Of a stretch of 64,000 bases of DNA, positions 9,087 through 18,325 are shown one piece after another. Origin of the DNA: Actinomycetes bacterium (lineage in GTDB: Bacteria > Actinomycetota > Actinomycetes > Prado026). Position 1 is the first letter of the stretch; each line of letters begins with the position of its first letter. The position numbers were made by a program, and so were the translations under genes. The stretch is taken from assembly GCA_038252405.1 (NCBI GenBank), contig JBBSAJ010000010.1, positions 16,909 to 80,908 of the forward strand, given 5' to 3'. Under the pieces are notes generated by a model, which was given only the letters and a program-made list of their open reading frames with translations, made no database searches and was not told the origin of the DNA.

Positions 9087-9970
9087 GACACGAGCGCCCC
9101 GACGCCGGCCGCGAGCACCCGCTCCTGGTCCTCGCGGTACTTCAGGACGGCGCCCAGGGTGCGGGCCGCCCGGTCCGGGTCGACCTCGCGGGCGCCCAGC
9201 GCGAGCAGCGCCTCGGCCCAGTCCAGCGACTCGGCGACCCCCGGCGGTTTGAGCAGGTCCAGCCCGCGCAGCGACTGGACGGCCCGGGCCACCCCCTCGG
9301 CCAGCTGCTCGGACGCCTCGGGCAGCCGCCGCCGGATGATCGCCACCTCCCGCGCGAAGCCGGGGTGCTCCAGCCAGTGGTAGAGGCAGCGCCGCTTCAG
9401 CGCGTCGTGCACCTCGCGGGTCCGGTTGCTGGTGAGCACGACGAGCGGCGGGGTCTCCGCCCGGACGGTGCCCAGCTCCGGCACCGACAGGGTGAAGTCG
9501 GACAGCACCTCGAGCAGGAACGCCTCGAACTCGTCGTCCGCGCGGTCCACCTCGTCCACCAGCAGCACGCTGGGGCTGGTCTCCAGGGCCTGCAGCAGCG
9601 GGCGGGCCACCAGGAACCGCCGGTCGTACAGGTCCTTCTCGATCGCCTCGATGTCGTGGACGCCGGCCGCCTCGGCGGCCCGCAGGTGCAGCAGCTGACG
9701 GGGGAAGTCCCAGTCGTACAGCGCCTGGGCGGCGTCCAGTCCCTCGTAGCACTGCAGCCGGATGAGTGGCGCGCCGAGCACGCCGGCCAGCGCCGTGGCC
9801 AGCGACGTCTTGCCGACCCCGGCCTCACCCTCGAGGAACAGCGGGCGCCCCATCCGCAGCGCGAGGAACGCCGCCGTGGCCAGCCCCTCGTCGCACAGGT
9901 AGCCCTGCTCGTCCAGCTTGTGGGCAAGGTCCTCCGGGGTGCTCACCCCGGGGACGGCCAGGCGCTCCAT
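9083..9970 (-). CDS. MoxR-family AAA+ ATPase, CoxD-like
   Basis: Walker A GEAGVGKT and Walker B LLVDEVDRA, 295 aa. Confidence 0.85.
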   Translation of the reverse strand: MERLAVPGVSTPEDLAHKLDEQGYLCDEGLATAAFLALRMGRPLFLEGEAGVGKTSLATALAGVLGAPLIRLQCYEGLDAAQALYDWDFPRQLLHLRAAEAAGVHDIEAIEKDLYDRRFLVARPLLQALETSPSVLLVDEVDRADDEFEAFLLEVLSDFTLSVPELGTVRAETPPLVVLTSNRTREVHDALKRRCLYHWLEHPGFAREVAIIRRRLPEASEQLAEGVARAVQSLRGLDLLKPPGVAESLDWAEALLALGAREVDPDRAARTLGAVLKYREDQERVLAAGVGALVS

Positions 9971-10048
9971 GGTGAGACGCTAGCCCCGAAGACCGGCCGG
10001 CGCTTCGCGATAGGTTGGCACCGCACCCATTGTTCCCAGGAGGACCCC

Positions 10049-10783
10049 ATGCCCGCCGAGACCCGCAGCCTGACCGACACCGTCGTCGCCATCACCGGAG
10101 TGAGCGCCGGGATCGGCACCGCCGTGGCCCGGCTGCTCGTCGAGGAGGGCGCGAAGGTGGCCATCGGGGCCCGCCGGCACGAGCGGTTGGCCACCCTCGT
10201 CGACGAGCTCGGCGCCGACAACGCGCTCGCCGTCACCATGGACGTCCGCTCCCCCGCCGACAACCAGCGGCTCGTCGACGCGGCGCTGGGGCGGTGGGGC
10301 CGGCTCGACACCATGGTCGCCAACGCCGGGATGGGCCTGTACGGCAGCATCCTCGACTACGACGACGAGGCCGTCGCCACCATGATCGACACGAACTTCA
10401 CGGGCACCGTGTGGAGCGTGCGGGCCGCCGTCCCGGCGATGATCGCGGCCGGCGGCGGTGACGTGGTCATCGTGTCGTCGGTCGCCGGCCTGCGCGGCGG
10501 CGGCGACGAGGCCGTGTACGCCGGCACCAAGTTCGCCCAGGTCGGGCTGGCCGGGGCGCTGGACCGCGAGCTGCGCGAGAAGGGCATCCGGGTGACCGCC
10601 GTCTGCCCGGCCGGGGTGGAGACCGAGTTCGCCATGGGCACCGGGCGCACAGCGGGCATGCCGGAGCTGGAGTCCTACCTGCGCCCGGAGGACGTCGCCT
10701 CCGCGGTGCTCGGCACCCTCAAGCAGCCGCGTCGGGTGCGCACCACGCTGTGGGCGCTGTGGTCCATGGGCCAGCAGAGCTGA
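10049..10783 (+). CDS. SDR family oxidoreductase
   Basis: TGVSAGIG Rossmann motif and YAGTK catalytic motif. The ATG is preceded by AGGAGGA. Confidence 0.85.
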   Translation: MPAETRSLTDTVVAITGVSAGIGTAVARLLVEEGAKVAIGARRHERLATLVDELGADNALAVTMDVRSPADNQRLVDAALGRWGRLDTMVANAGMGLYGSILDYDDEAVATMIDTNFTGTVWSVRAAVPAMIAAGGGDVVIVSSVAGLRGGGDEAVYAGTKFAQVGLAGALDRELREKGIRVTAVCPAGVETEFAMGTGRTAGMPELESYLRPEDVASAVLGTLKQPRRVRTTLWALWSMGQQS

Positions 10784-10834
10784 GGCCCGAGCCGTTCCCA
10801 CGCGGCTCTTAGGTTGCTGCGCCATGATCGGCCC

Positions 10835-11533
10835 ATGACCGGCCGGGTGCTCGTCGCGGACGACGACCGTGCGATCCGCGAGTCGCTGGCCCGTGCCCTG
10901 GAGCTGGAGGGGTACCCGGTCGTCGCCGTCCCGGACGGCGCCTCGGCGCTGGAGGCGATCGCGGCGGACCGGCCGGACGTGCTCATCCTGGACGTGATGA
11001 TGCCCGGCATCGACGGGCTCACCGTGTGCCGGGTGCTGCGCGCGCAGGGCGACCAGACACCCATCCTCATGCTCACCGCCCGCACCGAGACCTCCGACCG
11101 GGTGGCCGGCCTGGACGCGGGGGCGGACGACTACCTGCCCAAGCCGTTCGACCTGGACGAGCTGCTGGCCCGCATCCGCGCGCTGCTGCGCCGGGTCCGG
11201 CCGGCGGACGGCACCCTCGACGCCACCGGCATCGACGCGCCGCTCAGGGTGGCCGACCTGGCCCTGGACCCCGCGACCCGTGAGGTCACCCGCGGCGGAC
11301 GGGCCATCACGCTGTCCAAGACGGAGTTCGACCTGCTCGAGCTGCTCATGCGCAACACCGGCGTGGTGCTCGTGCACAGCACGATCTACGACCGGATCTG
11401 GGGCTACGACTTCGGTCCCGGCTCGAACAACCTGGCCGTCTACATCAGCTACCTGCGCCGCAAGATCGACGCGGACGAGGACGTCAAGCTGATCCACACG
11501 GTCCGTGGGGTGGGCTACACGGTGCGGGCATGA
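10835..11533 (+). CDS. OmpR/PhoB-family response regulator
   Basis: Receiver domain (VLVADDD...DVMMP) plus winged-helix domain ([12 protein letters not shown]...YVSYLRRKI). Confidence 0.85.
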   Translation: MTGRVLVADDDRAIRESLARALELEGYPVVAVPDGASALEAIAADRPDVLILDVMMPGIDGLTVCRVLRAQGDQTPILMLTARTETSDRVAGLDAGADDYLPKPFDLDELLARIRALLRRVRPADGTLDATGIDAPLRVADLALDPATREVTRGGRAITLSKTEFDLLELLMRNTGVVLVHSTIYDRIWGYDFGPGSNNLAVYISYLRRKIDADEDVKLIHTVRGVGYTVRA

Positions 11534-12888
11534 CCCACCCGATGCGCAGCCTGCGCACCAAGATCACCCTGTTGTTCGTGCTCGTGGCGACGGTGGGCAC
11601 GGTGGTCACCGGGATGCTCAGCTACCTGGCCATGACCGACCGGCTGAACACCGAGGTGAACACGTCGCTGGCCAGCGTGGCCGCCGAGGCCCAGCGGGAC
11701 AGCCACGACGGCGACCGGAGCCGGCCGGGCGGCGGACCGACCGGGCTGACTCCGGTCGATCTGCTGCGCACCGAGCAGGTGGTCACCCAGACGCTCGACC
11801 CGACCGGGACCGTGAGCTCGCCCGGGACCGGGCTGGTGCTGCCCGTGACCGCCCTCGACCGCCAGGTGGCCGGCGGGCAGCTGGGCTCCGTGCGCCGGGA
11901 CGAGGTCATCGACGACACGCCGTTTCGGGTCCTCACGGTGGCGCTGAGCGACGGCGGTGCGCTGCAGGTGGCGCGCAGCACCGTGGAGAACGAGCGGGTC
12001 CTGGACCAGCTGCGCAGCCAGATCCTCGTCGTCGTCCTCGTCGTGGTGCTGCTGTCGGGGCTGGCCGGGTGGGTGATCGCCCGCCAGCTCACCCGCCGGC
12101 TGGCCCGGCTCACCGACGCCGCCGAGCAGGTGGCCAGCACCGGCCGGCTCGACGTCCCGGTGCCCACCGGGGGCGCCGACGAGGCGGGCCGGCTCGGGGT
12201 GGCCCTGGCCAGCATGCTCGAGGCGCTGCGTCGCTCCCGGGAGGCCCAGCAGCGCCTGGTGCAGGACGCCGGCCACGAGCTGCGCACCCCGCTGACCAGC
12301 CTGCGGACCAACGTGAGCGTGCTGCGCCGGCACGCCGACCTGCCCGACCAGCAGCGCGGCCAGGTGCTCACCGACCTCGACGCGGAGACCCGCGAGCTGA
12401 CCGACCTGGTCAACGAGCTGGTGGCGCTGGCCTCCGACCAGGCCGACGAGGAGCCCGAGCAGCGGGTCACGCTGGCCCCGCTCGTCGAGCGGGTCGCCGA
12501 GCGCACCCGGCGCCGGTTCGGCGGCGAGGTGGCCGTCGACGCGGACGGCACCGAGGTGCTGGGCCGGCCGGCCGCGCTGGAACGGGCGGTGAGCAACCTG
12601 CTCGACAACGCCGCGAAGTTCGGCGGGGGGGCGCCGGTGCGGGTGACCGTGGTCCGGGGCGCCGTGACGGTGACCGACCGCGGGCCCGGGATCGCGGCGA
12701 CCGACGTCCCGCACGTGTTCGACCGGTTCTTCCGCGCCGACACGGCCCGCAGCATGCCCGGGTCCGGACTGGGCCTGGCCATCGTCCGGAGCGTCGCCGA
12801 GTCGCACGGCGGCACCGCCTTCGCGCGGACCACGCCGAACGGCACCGAGGTGGGCATCGAGCTGCCGGTCGCTCCCGCCCAGCCTTGA
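11530..12888 (+). CDS. sensor histidine kinase (2 TM, HAMP, HisKA, HATPase)
   Basis: H-box [10 protein letters not shown]-box [10 protein letters not shown]1 DRGPGI, G2 GSGLGLAIV. The ATG overlaps the response regulator stop (ATGA). Confidence 0.85.
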   Translation: MTHPMRSLRTKITLLFVLVATVGTVVTGMLSYLAMTDRLNTEVNTSLASVAAEAQRDSHDGDRSRPGGGPTGLTPVDLLRTEQVVTQTLDPTGTVSSPGTGLVLPVTALDRQVAGGQLGSVRRDEVIDDTPFRVLTVALSDGGALQVARSTVENERVLDQLRSQILVVVLVVVLLSGLAGWVIARQLTRRLARLTDAAEQVASTGRLDVPVPTGGADEAGRLGVALASMLEALRRSREAQQRLVQDAGHELRTPLTSLRTNVSVLRRHADLPDQQRGQVLTDLDAETRELTDLVNELVALASDQADEEPEQRVTLAPLVERVAERTRRRFGGEVAVDADGTEVLGRPAALERAVSNLLDNAAKFGGGAPVRVTVVRGAVTVTDRGPGIAATDVPHVFDRFFRADTARSMPGSGLGLAIVRSVAESHGGTAFARTTPNGTEVGIELPVAPAQP

Positions 12889-12897
12889 CCGCCCGCA

Positions 12898-12939
12898 CTC
12901 TCACGCAGCTCTCACGCTGGGCCAAGGTCCGTCTCACCC
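12898..12939 (+). promoter_or_regulatory. three 9-bp direct repeats (ctctcacgc, ctctcacgc, gtctcaccc) on an 11-bp helical phase
   Basis: Repeats at 12898, 12909 and 12931 (offsets of 11 and 22 bp). They lie between the kinase stop and the PepSY gene start at 13000. A TTGACC hexamer sits at 12885. Confidence 0.35.
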
Positions 12940-12999
12940 GGGCCGCGCACGCTCGTCGGACGCGCCCGGCTCCCGGCCGGGCCGGACGAGAGGAACGTC

Positions 13000-13638
13000 A
13001 TGAGGACCAGCACCAAGAAGATCAGCCTGGCCGTCGTGTCCGCCGCTGCGCTAGGCGGCCTCGCGCTGCTGACCCCGACCATCGCCCAGGCCGCGTCGGG
13101 CGGCTCGTCGAGCTCGGTCGCGCCGCACCGCGGCGGCGACCGTGGCGTCGGCCACAGCGGCCCGGGCCAGGGTGAGACCGCGCTGACCGGCGACGCCGCG
13201 ACCAAGGTCACGGCCGCCGCCCAGGCGGCCGTCCCCGGCGGCACCGTCGTCCGCGTCGAGACCGACCGCGACGGCAGCTACGAGGCCCACGTCACCAAGA
13301 CCGACGGCACCCACGTCGAGGTCAAGGTGGACACGTCCTTCACCGTCACCGCCGTCCAGACCCGCCCCGGCGGCGGCCCCGGCCACGGGATGGGCCCGGG
13401 CCGGGGTGAGACCGCGCTGACTGGCGACGCCGCGACCAAGGTCACGGCCGCCGCCCAGGTGGCCGTCCCCGGCGGCACCGTCGTCCGCGTCGAGACCGAC
13501 CGCGACGGCAGCTACGAGGCCCACGTCACCAAGCCCGACGGCACCCACGTCGAGGTCAAGGTGGACACGTCCTTCACTGTCACCGCCGTCCAGACCCGCC
13601 CCGGCGGCGACCACGGCGGCCCCGGCCACGCCGCCTGA
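13000..13638 (+). CDS. secreted protein with two tandem PepSY domains
   Basis: Sec signal peptide (..TIAQA/AS). Two PepSY-like units (AAQAAVPGGTVVRVETDRDGSYEAHVTK.DGTHVEVKVD). Confidence 0.7.
   Translation: MRTSTKKISLAVVSAAALGGLALLTPTIAQAASGGSSSSVAPHRGGDRGVGHSGPGQGETALTGDAATKVTAAAQAAVPGGTVVRVETDRDGSYEAHVTKTDGTHVEVKVDTSFTVTAVQTRPGGGPGHGMGPGRGETALTGDAATKVTAAAQVAVPGGTVVRVETDRDGSYEAHVTKPDGTHVEVKVDTSFTVTAVQTRPGGDHGGPGHAA
13162..13617 (+). repeat. near-identical tandem duplication, 2 x 228 bp, inside the PepSY gene
   Basis: The ~198-bp core blocks starting near 13183 and 13411 differ at only 4 positions. Confidence 0.9.
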
Positions 13639-13651
13639 TCGGTCGGTCGGG

Positions 13652-15598
13652 TCAGCGCAGCTGGGAGACCAGCCAACGGGCCCGCAGGACCATGCCGGCC
13701 GGGTCCGGGTGGGAGCCGTCCGGCATGTAGGGCACGTGCTGGCTTTCCACGTAGCCGGCCCAGTCGAGGAATCGTGCGTTGGGGTACTTCGCTACGACGG
13801 ACCGGATCGCCGTGTTGCTCTGCCGCCAGGTGACGTTGCCCCAGATCCGGTCGTCCAGCCAGATGCCCACCCAGTAGACCGTCGTGGTCCGCGGCACCAG
13901 CCGCATGATCGTGTCCACCTCGGTGGCCACCTGGGCGGGGATGTCCTGGCCGGTGATCACGTAGCGGCCCCGGGGGTCACGCTTCGTCCGCAGGCCCGAG
14001 TCGGTGGGGGTCGGCGGCGCCTCCCGGTACTGCGCCGTGATCTCCCCGTTGCTGCCGAGCGCGACCACCACGGTCGGCGGAATCGGTCCGGCGCGCAGGA
14101 CCTGGTCCCCGCCGCAGGTCGGGGCGGCGTTGCACAGCGGCGTCCAGTCGGCCCGCTTCCCGGAGACAATCGGACGGCCGCCGAGCGCGTCGATCCGGAA
14201 GTCCCAGCCGGCCGCGCCCAGCGCGGCCTCGAGGGGACCCTCGCCGCGCTGGGTCAGCGAGTCACCGATCCACAGCAGCCGGGTGTCGGCCTTGGCGACC
14301 CGGGTGAGCCCCGCGGTGGCCGCGGCGTCCTGGGCGGCCACCGCGCTCGTCGCGGCGCGGCCCACCCCCAGGGCCGCGCCGGCCGTGACCACCAGCAGGG
14401 CCAGGCCGAACAGCAGCGCATTGCGCGTCGGCCCCAGCCAGGCGGCCCGTTGCGGCGGCTGCTCCACGAACCGGTACGACGCCCAGGCGAGCAGGACGGA
14501 CACAGCGACGCCGAGGAGCGCGTAGCTGGCGGACAGCCGACCTCCCGCGGCGGCGGCGCCGAGCACCAGCACCGGCCAGTGCCACAAGTACAGCGAGTAG
14601 GAGATCCGCCCCACCCAGCGCAACGGCGGCAGGGACAGGCCGCGCGCGACGATCCCGGCCGGGTGCCCGGCGATCACCAGCATGGTGCCCAAGACCACAG
14701 GCAACGCGGCCACGCCGGGGAACGGGGTGAGCACCGTGTAGGTGACCATGCACATGGCCACGACGGCGAGCCCGAGGACGGCCCCCAGCACCCTCGCCGG
14801 CCGTGGGACCCGCTCCACGAGCGGGGCGGCGATGGCCAGCAGCCCACCCGCAGCCAGTTCGAAGGCACGGGAGAACGCCGAGAAGTAGCCCGACGGCGCG
14901 CCCACCGACACCAGGTGCTGCGACCACCACAGGGACGGCACCGCGAGCCCCAGCAGCGCCAGTGCCAGGGCCGGCCGCAGCGGCAGCCGCCACCGCCGCA
15001 CCGCGAGCCAGGTGGCGACGGTGAGCACCACCGGCCACACCAGGTAGAACTTCTCCTCGTCGTTGAGGCTCCAGAAGTGCAGGACGGGGCTCGGCGCGAT
15101 CGCGACCCCCATGTAGTCCACACCGGAGATGGCGAACCGGACGTCGGCGTTGAACAGCCCGGCCCACAGCACGTCCCCGGCCACCGTCACCAGCCGCTCG
15201 GCCGACAGCACGACGAACGACACGGCCAGCGTGACCAGCAGGGTCACCGTGGCCGCGGGCAGGATCCGACGGACCCGCCGGGCATAGAAACGGCCGAAGT
15301 GGATGCGGTCGCGGGCCTCGGCCTGGCGCACGAGCAGCCCGGTGATGAGGAACCCGGAGATGACGAAGAAGACGTCGACCCCGAGGAACCCGCCGCTCAC
15401 CCAGCCGAACAGCACGGTGATCGCCACCAGGACGCTCGGCCCACCGGCGACCACGGCGAACTGGGACGCGTGGTAGGCGACCACGGGCACGATCGCGAGC
15501 GCCCGCAGGCCCTCGATGTCCGGCCGGAAACCGGCCTGGCCCTGACGGTCGGACGCGGGACCGGCCCGACGCGGCGTCCGCTCGGCAACGGCGCTCAC
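13652..15598 (-). CDS. acyltransferase-3 (OafA/OatA-like) membrane protein with C-terminal SGNH hydrolase domain
   Basis: FRPDIEGLRALAIVPVVAYH AT3 signature, about 10 TM segments, then a soluble SGNH-like domain; 648 aa. Confidence 0.8.
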   Translation of the reverse strand: MSAVAERTPRRAGPASDRQGQAGFRPDIEGLRALAIVPVVAYHASQFAVVAGGPSVLVAITVLFGWVSGGFLGVDVFFVISGFLITGLLVRQAEARDRIHFGRFYARRVRRILPAATVTLLVTLAVSFVVLSAERLVTVAGDVLWAGLFNADVRFAISGVDYMGVAIAPSPVLHFWSLNDEEKFYLVWPVVLTVATWLAVRRWRLPLRPALALALLGLAVPSLWWSQHLVSVGAPSGYFSAFSRAFELAAGGLLAIAAPLVERVPRPARVLGAVLGLAVVAMCMVTYTVLTPFPGVAALPVVLGTMLVIAGHPAGIVARGLSLPPLRWVGRISYSLYLWHWPVLVLGAAAAGGRLSASYALLGVAVSVLLAWASYRFVEQPPQRAAWLGPTRNALLFGLALLVVTAGAALGVGRAATSAVAAQDAAATAGLTRVAKADTRLLWIGDSLTQRGEGPLEAALGAAGWDFRIDALGGRPIVSGKRADWTPLCNAAPTCGGDQVLRAGPIPPTVVVALGSNGEITAQYREAPPTPTDSGLRTKRDPRGRYVITGQDIPAQVATEVDTIMRLVPRTTTVYWVGIWLDDRIWGNVTWRQSNTAIRSVVAKYPNARFLDWAGYVESQHVPYMPDGSHPDPAGMVLRARWLVSQLR

Positions 15599-15718
15599 CC
15601 GCGCATCCCCCCGTCCACCTCCGAGCGGTCAGCCCACTGGGCCGCGGAACGGTCCGCAGCGCCGTCCCATGGTCGCACCTGCCGACCGATCTGCCCGGAA
15701 CCTGACCGCGCAGCGCGC

Positions 15719-16741
15719 TCAGCCGAGGTCGACGAGCACCTTGCCGACCAGCTGGGCCTCGACCGCGGCCTGCGCCGCCGCGGTGCGCTCCAGCGGGAAC
15801 CGGTGCAGCGGCAGACCGGCGTCGTCCCCCACCGGCAGGACGCCCGCGGCCACCGCCGCCGCGACGTCCGCGACCGCGTGCCGCTTGGCGTCGGCGGGGA
15901 CGGTGTAGACCAGCACGAACTGGAAGCGGGTGTTCGGCGCCATGTGTGCCCGCACCGGGAGCACGACCTCGTCGCCTCCGTTGTTCGCATAGACCGACAC
16001 GGTGGCGTGCGGCGCGACCACTGCCGTGTCCAGCGCCACGTTCACGGCGGGCGACACCTCGACCACCAGGTCGACGCCCCTCGGCGCGACCCTGCGGATC
16101 TCCACGGCGGCCTCCTGCGCCCGGTAGTCGACCACGTGGTGCGCCCCCGCACGGCGGGCCAGCGCGGCCTTGGCCGGGCCGCTCACGGTCGTGACCACCT
16201 CGGCGCCGGACCAGCGGGCCAGCTGGATCGCGGCGTGCCCCACCGCCCCGGCCCCGCCGGCGACGAGCACGGTGCGCCCGTCGAGCGCGCCGGGGTGCAG
16301 CCGGTCCGGCCCGGAGTCGGCGACGGTCAGGCATCGGTGCGCGGTCAACGCAGGGATCCCGAGACTGGCCCCCAGCTCGAACGACGCTGCGTCCGGCAGC
16401 GGGACGGCCTGCGCCCGCGGCAGCACCACGTACTCCTGGGCGGTGCCGTCGGCCCGCTGCCAGGCCGCCTCCCACAGCCACACCCGCTGCCCGACGGCCA
16501 GGTCGGACACCCCGGGCCCGAGCGCGTCGACGGTCCCGGCGCCGTCCTGGTGCGGGACCATGACCGGGAAGGCCAGCGGCTGGCCGGGGCCGCTGCCGCG
16601 CCGGGTCTTCCAGTCGGTGGGGTTCACCCCGGACACCGCAACCCGGACCCGGACCTCGCCCGGGCCGGGTTCGGGGACCGGACGGTCGGCCAGCGAGAGA
16701 ACCTCGGGGCCGCCGGTGGTCGTGTGGACGATCGCGCGCAT
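15719..16741 (-). CDS. NADPH:quinone oxidoreductase / zinc-type alcohol dehydrogenase superfamily (MDR)
   Basis: MRAIVHTTTGGPEVL start at internal ATG 16741. GAGAVG nucleotide-binding motif. Confidence 0.75.
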   Translation of the reverse strand: MRAIVHTTTGGPEVLSLADRPVPEPGPGEVRVRVAVSGVNPTDWKTRRGSGPGQPLAFPVMVPHQDGAGTVDALGPGVSDLAVGQRVWLWEAAWQRADGTAQEYVVLPRAQAVPLPDAASFELGASLGIPALTAHRCLTVADSGPDRLHPGALDGRTVLVAGGAGAVGHAAIQLARWSGAEVVTTVSGPAKAALARRAGAHHVVDYRAQEAAVEIRRVAPRGVDLVVEVSPAVNVALDTAVVAPHATVSVYANNGGDEVVLPVRAHMAPNTRFQFVLVYTVPADAKRHAVADVAAAVAAGVLPVGDDAGLPLHRFPLERTAAAQAAVEAQLVGKVLVDLG

Positions 16742-16857
16742 GCCTGTGCAATCCCCCAGGCCGACGGGCTGTTCCCGACCGACTGTTCCCGGCCTGCTTG
16801 GCCCCGCCGGCCAGAGCACGCCGGCCGTGGTGGCCGCCGTCCTCGGGATAGCCTGCA

Positions 16858-17808
16858 GTGATGACAGCGTGGAGCCGCGAGCGGGCGCGCCGGTTACGGC
16901 GCACGGCGCTGATCGCCGGCCTCGCGACCGCCGCCGTCGTGGTCGCGGTCAACGCGGGCTCGGCGCCGGCGACCCAGGGCGGGGCCGCCGCGCCCGGCGC
17001 GACTCCGGTGGCCGAGTCCACCGTGCAGGCGCTCGACCCGGCGACGTTTGCGACCGGCTCGTGCCTGGCCTACGCACCCACTCGGGGGGACCGCAAGCAG
17101 ACCGTGTTCCTCGACGCCGGGCACGGTGGGCCGGACCCCGGCGGGGTGGGTGTCACCGAGGCGGGCCAGACCCTGCACGAGCGGGAGACGACGTTGCCCG
17201 TGGTGGCCAAGGCCACCACCCTGCTGCGCGCGGCCGGGTTCCGGGTCGTGGTGTCTCGCACCACGAACGGATCGGTGGCCAACCCCAGGCCCGGCGACCT
17301 CACCGGAGGGATCTACACCCCGGCCGGGCTGCACCGGGACATCGCCTCCCGGGCGATCTGCGCCAACCTGGGCCAGGCGGACGCGCTGGTGTCGGTCCAC
17401 TACAACATCGGGGCCAGCCCGAAGAACGCCGGCGCGATGACGGTCTACGACGCTTCTCGGCCGTTCTCCGCGCAGAGCCTGCAGCTGGCCACCCTGCTGC
17501 AGGACACCATCATCAAGCAGCTGCACGCGCACCCGGACTGGGACGTGCCCGACGTCGGCGTGGTCAAGGACGGCGCCAACGGCAGCGCGCTCACGGCGGC
17601 CGGCGAGACGTACGGCCACCTGCTCATCCTGGGCCCGGCCAAGGCCGGGTACTTCGACACGCCCAGCCTGATGCCCGGGGCCCTGGTGGAGCCGCTGTTC
17701 CTCACCGACCCGTTCGAGGGAACGCTCGCGGCCAGCCCGCAGGGCCAGCTGGCCATCGCCACCGGCATCGCCGACGCCGTCGAGCAGTTCCTGACGCCGT
17801 CCGGCTGA
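16858..17808 (+). CDS. N-acetylmuramoyl-L-alanine amidase (Amidase_3) with N-terminal membrane anchor
   Basis: VFLDAGHGGPDPG and SVHYN motifs typical of the amidase_3 family. Confidence 0.8.
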   Translation: MMTAWSRERARRLRRTALIAGLATAAVVVAVNAGSAPATQGGAAAPGATPVAESTVQALDPATFATGSCLAYAPTRGDRKQTVFLDAGHGGPDPGGVGVTEAGQTLHERETTLPVVAKATTLLRAAGFRVVVSRTTNGSVANPRPGDLTGGIYTPAGLHRDIASRAICANLGQADALVSVHYNIGASPKNAGAMTVYDASRPFSAQSLQLATLLQDTIIKQLHAHPDWDVPDVGVVKDGANGSALTAAGETYGHLLILGPAKAGYFDTPSLMPGALVEPLFLTDPFEGTLAASPQGQLAIATGIADAVEQFLTPSG

Positions 17809-17809
17809 G

Positions 17810-17857
17810 AGTTGTCAGGGTGACGACGAGCCATACGTCGTCGTCACCCTGACAACT
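17810..17857. terminator. perfect 19-bp stem hairpin between convergent genes
   Basis: agttgtcagggtgacgacg, a ~10-nt loop, then cgtcgtcaccctgacaact followed by ttt. Confidence 0.6.
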
Positions 17858-18317
17858 TTGGGGAGCCGGGCTCCCGGCCGGCGCGCTCGGCCACGCAGCT
17901 GGCCAGCTCGGTGGCCATCCGTCGGCCCCGCGCCCCGTCCGCGGTCTGCATGGCCATCACGGCCAGCACGGTCCCGTCGGACAGGTTCAGCCGCACCCAG
18001 GGGTCGCCGCTGCCGAGCCGGACGTCGACCACCTGGGCCCACTCCAGCCGGCGCCGCCGGAACGCGTTGACCACGAGGAGCCCGGCGTCGTCCGCGGCCA
18101 CCCGCACCCGCGCGAACCGCCCGACGAACCAGCCGGCGAACAGCCCCAGCGCGGCCAGCAAGGCCCGGTCCAGCCAGTAGCTGCGGTCCGACCAGGGGAT
18201 CGGCAGCAGCGCCGCCAGACCGACCAGGGTCACGATCGCGAACACGGCCACCCCGACCGCCGTCCAGCGGGCGAACCCGGGCCGCCAGACCGTGGGCAGC
18301 GGCGGGCCGGCGGCCAT
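17844..18317 (-). CDS. bacterial PH-domain membrane protein
   Basis: Two TM segments followed by a PH-like domain. Starting at the internal Met avoids overlap with hisG. The stop codon lies inside the hairpin. Confidence 0.5.
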   Translation of the reverse strand: MAAGPPLPTVWRPGFARWTAVGVAVFAIVTLVGLAALLPIPWSDRSYWLDRALLAALGLFAGWFVGRFARVRVAADDAGLLVVNAFRRRRLEWAQVVDVRLGSGDPWVRLNLSDGTVLAVMAMQTADGARGRRMATELASCVAERAGREPGSPKLSG

Positions 18318-18325
18318 CGGACCGG

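Noticed and set aside
13162-13617. Possible CRISPR-like repeat
   Set aside because: Only two copies, in-frame and protein-coding (PepSY), with no spacers. It is not CRISPR.
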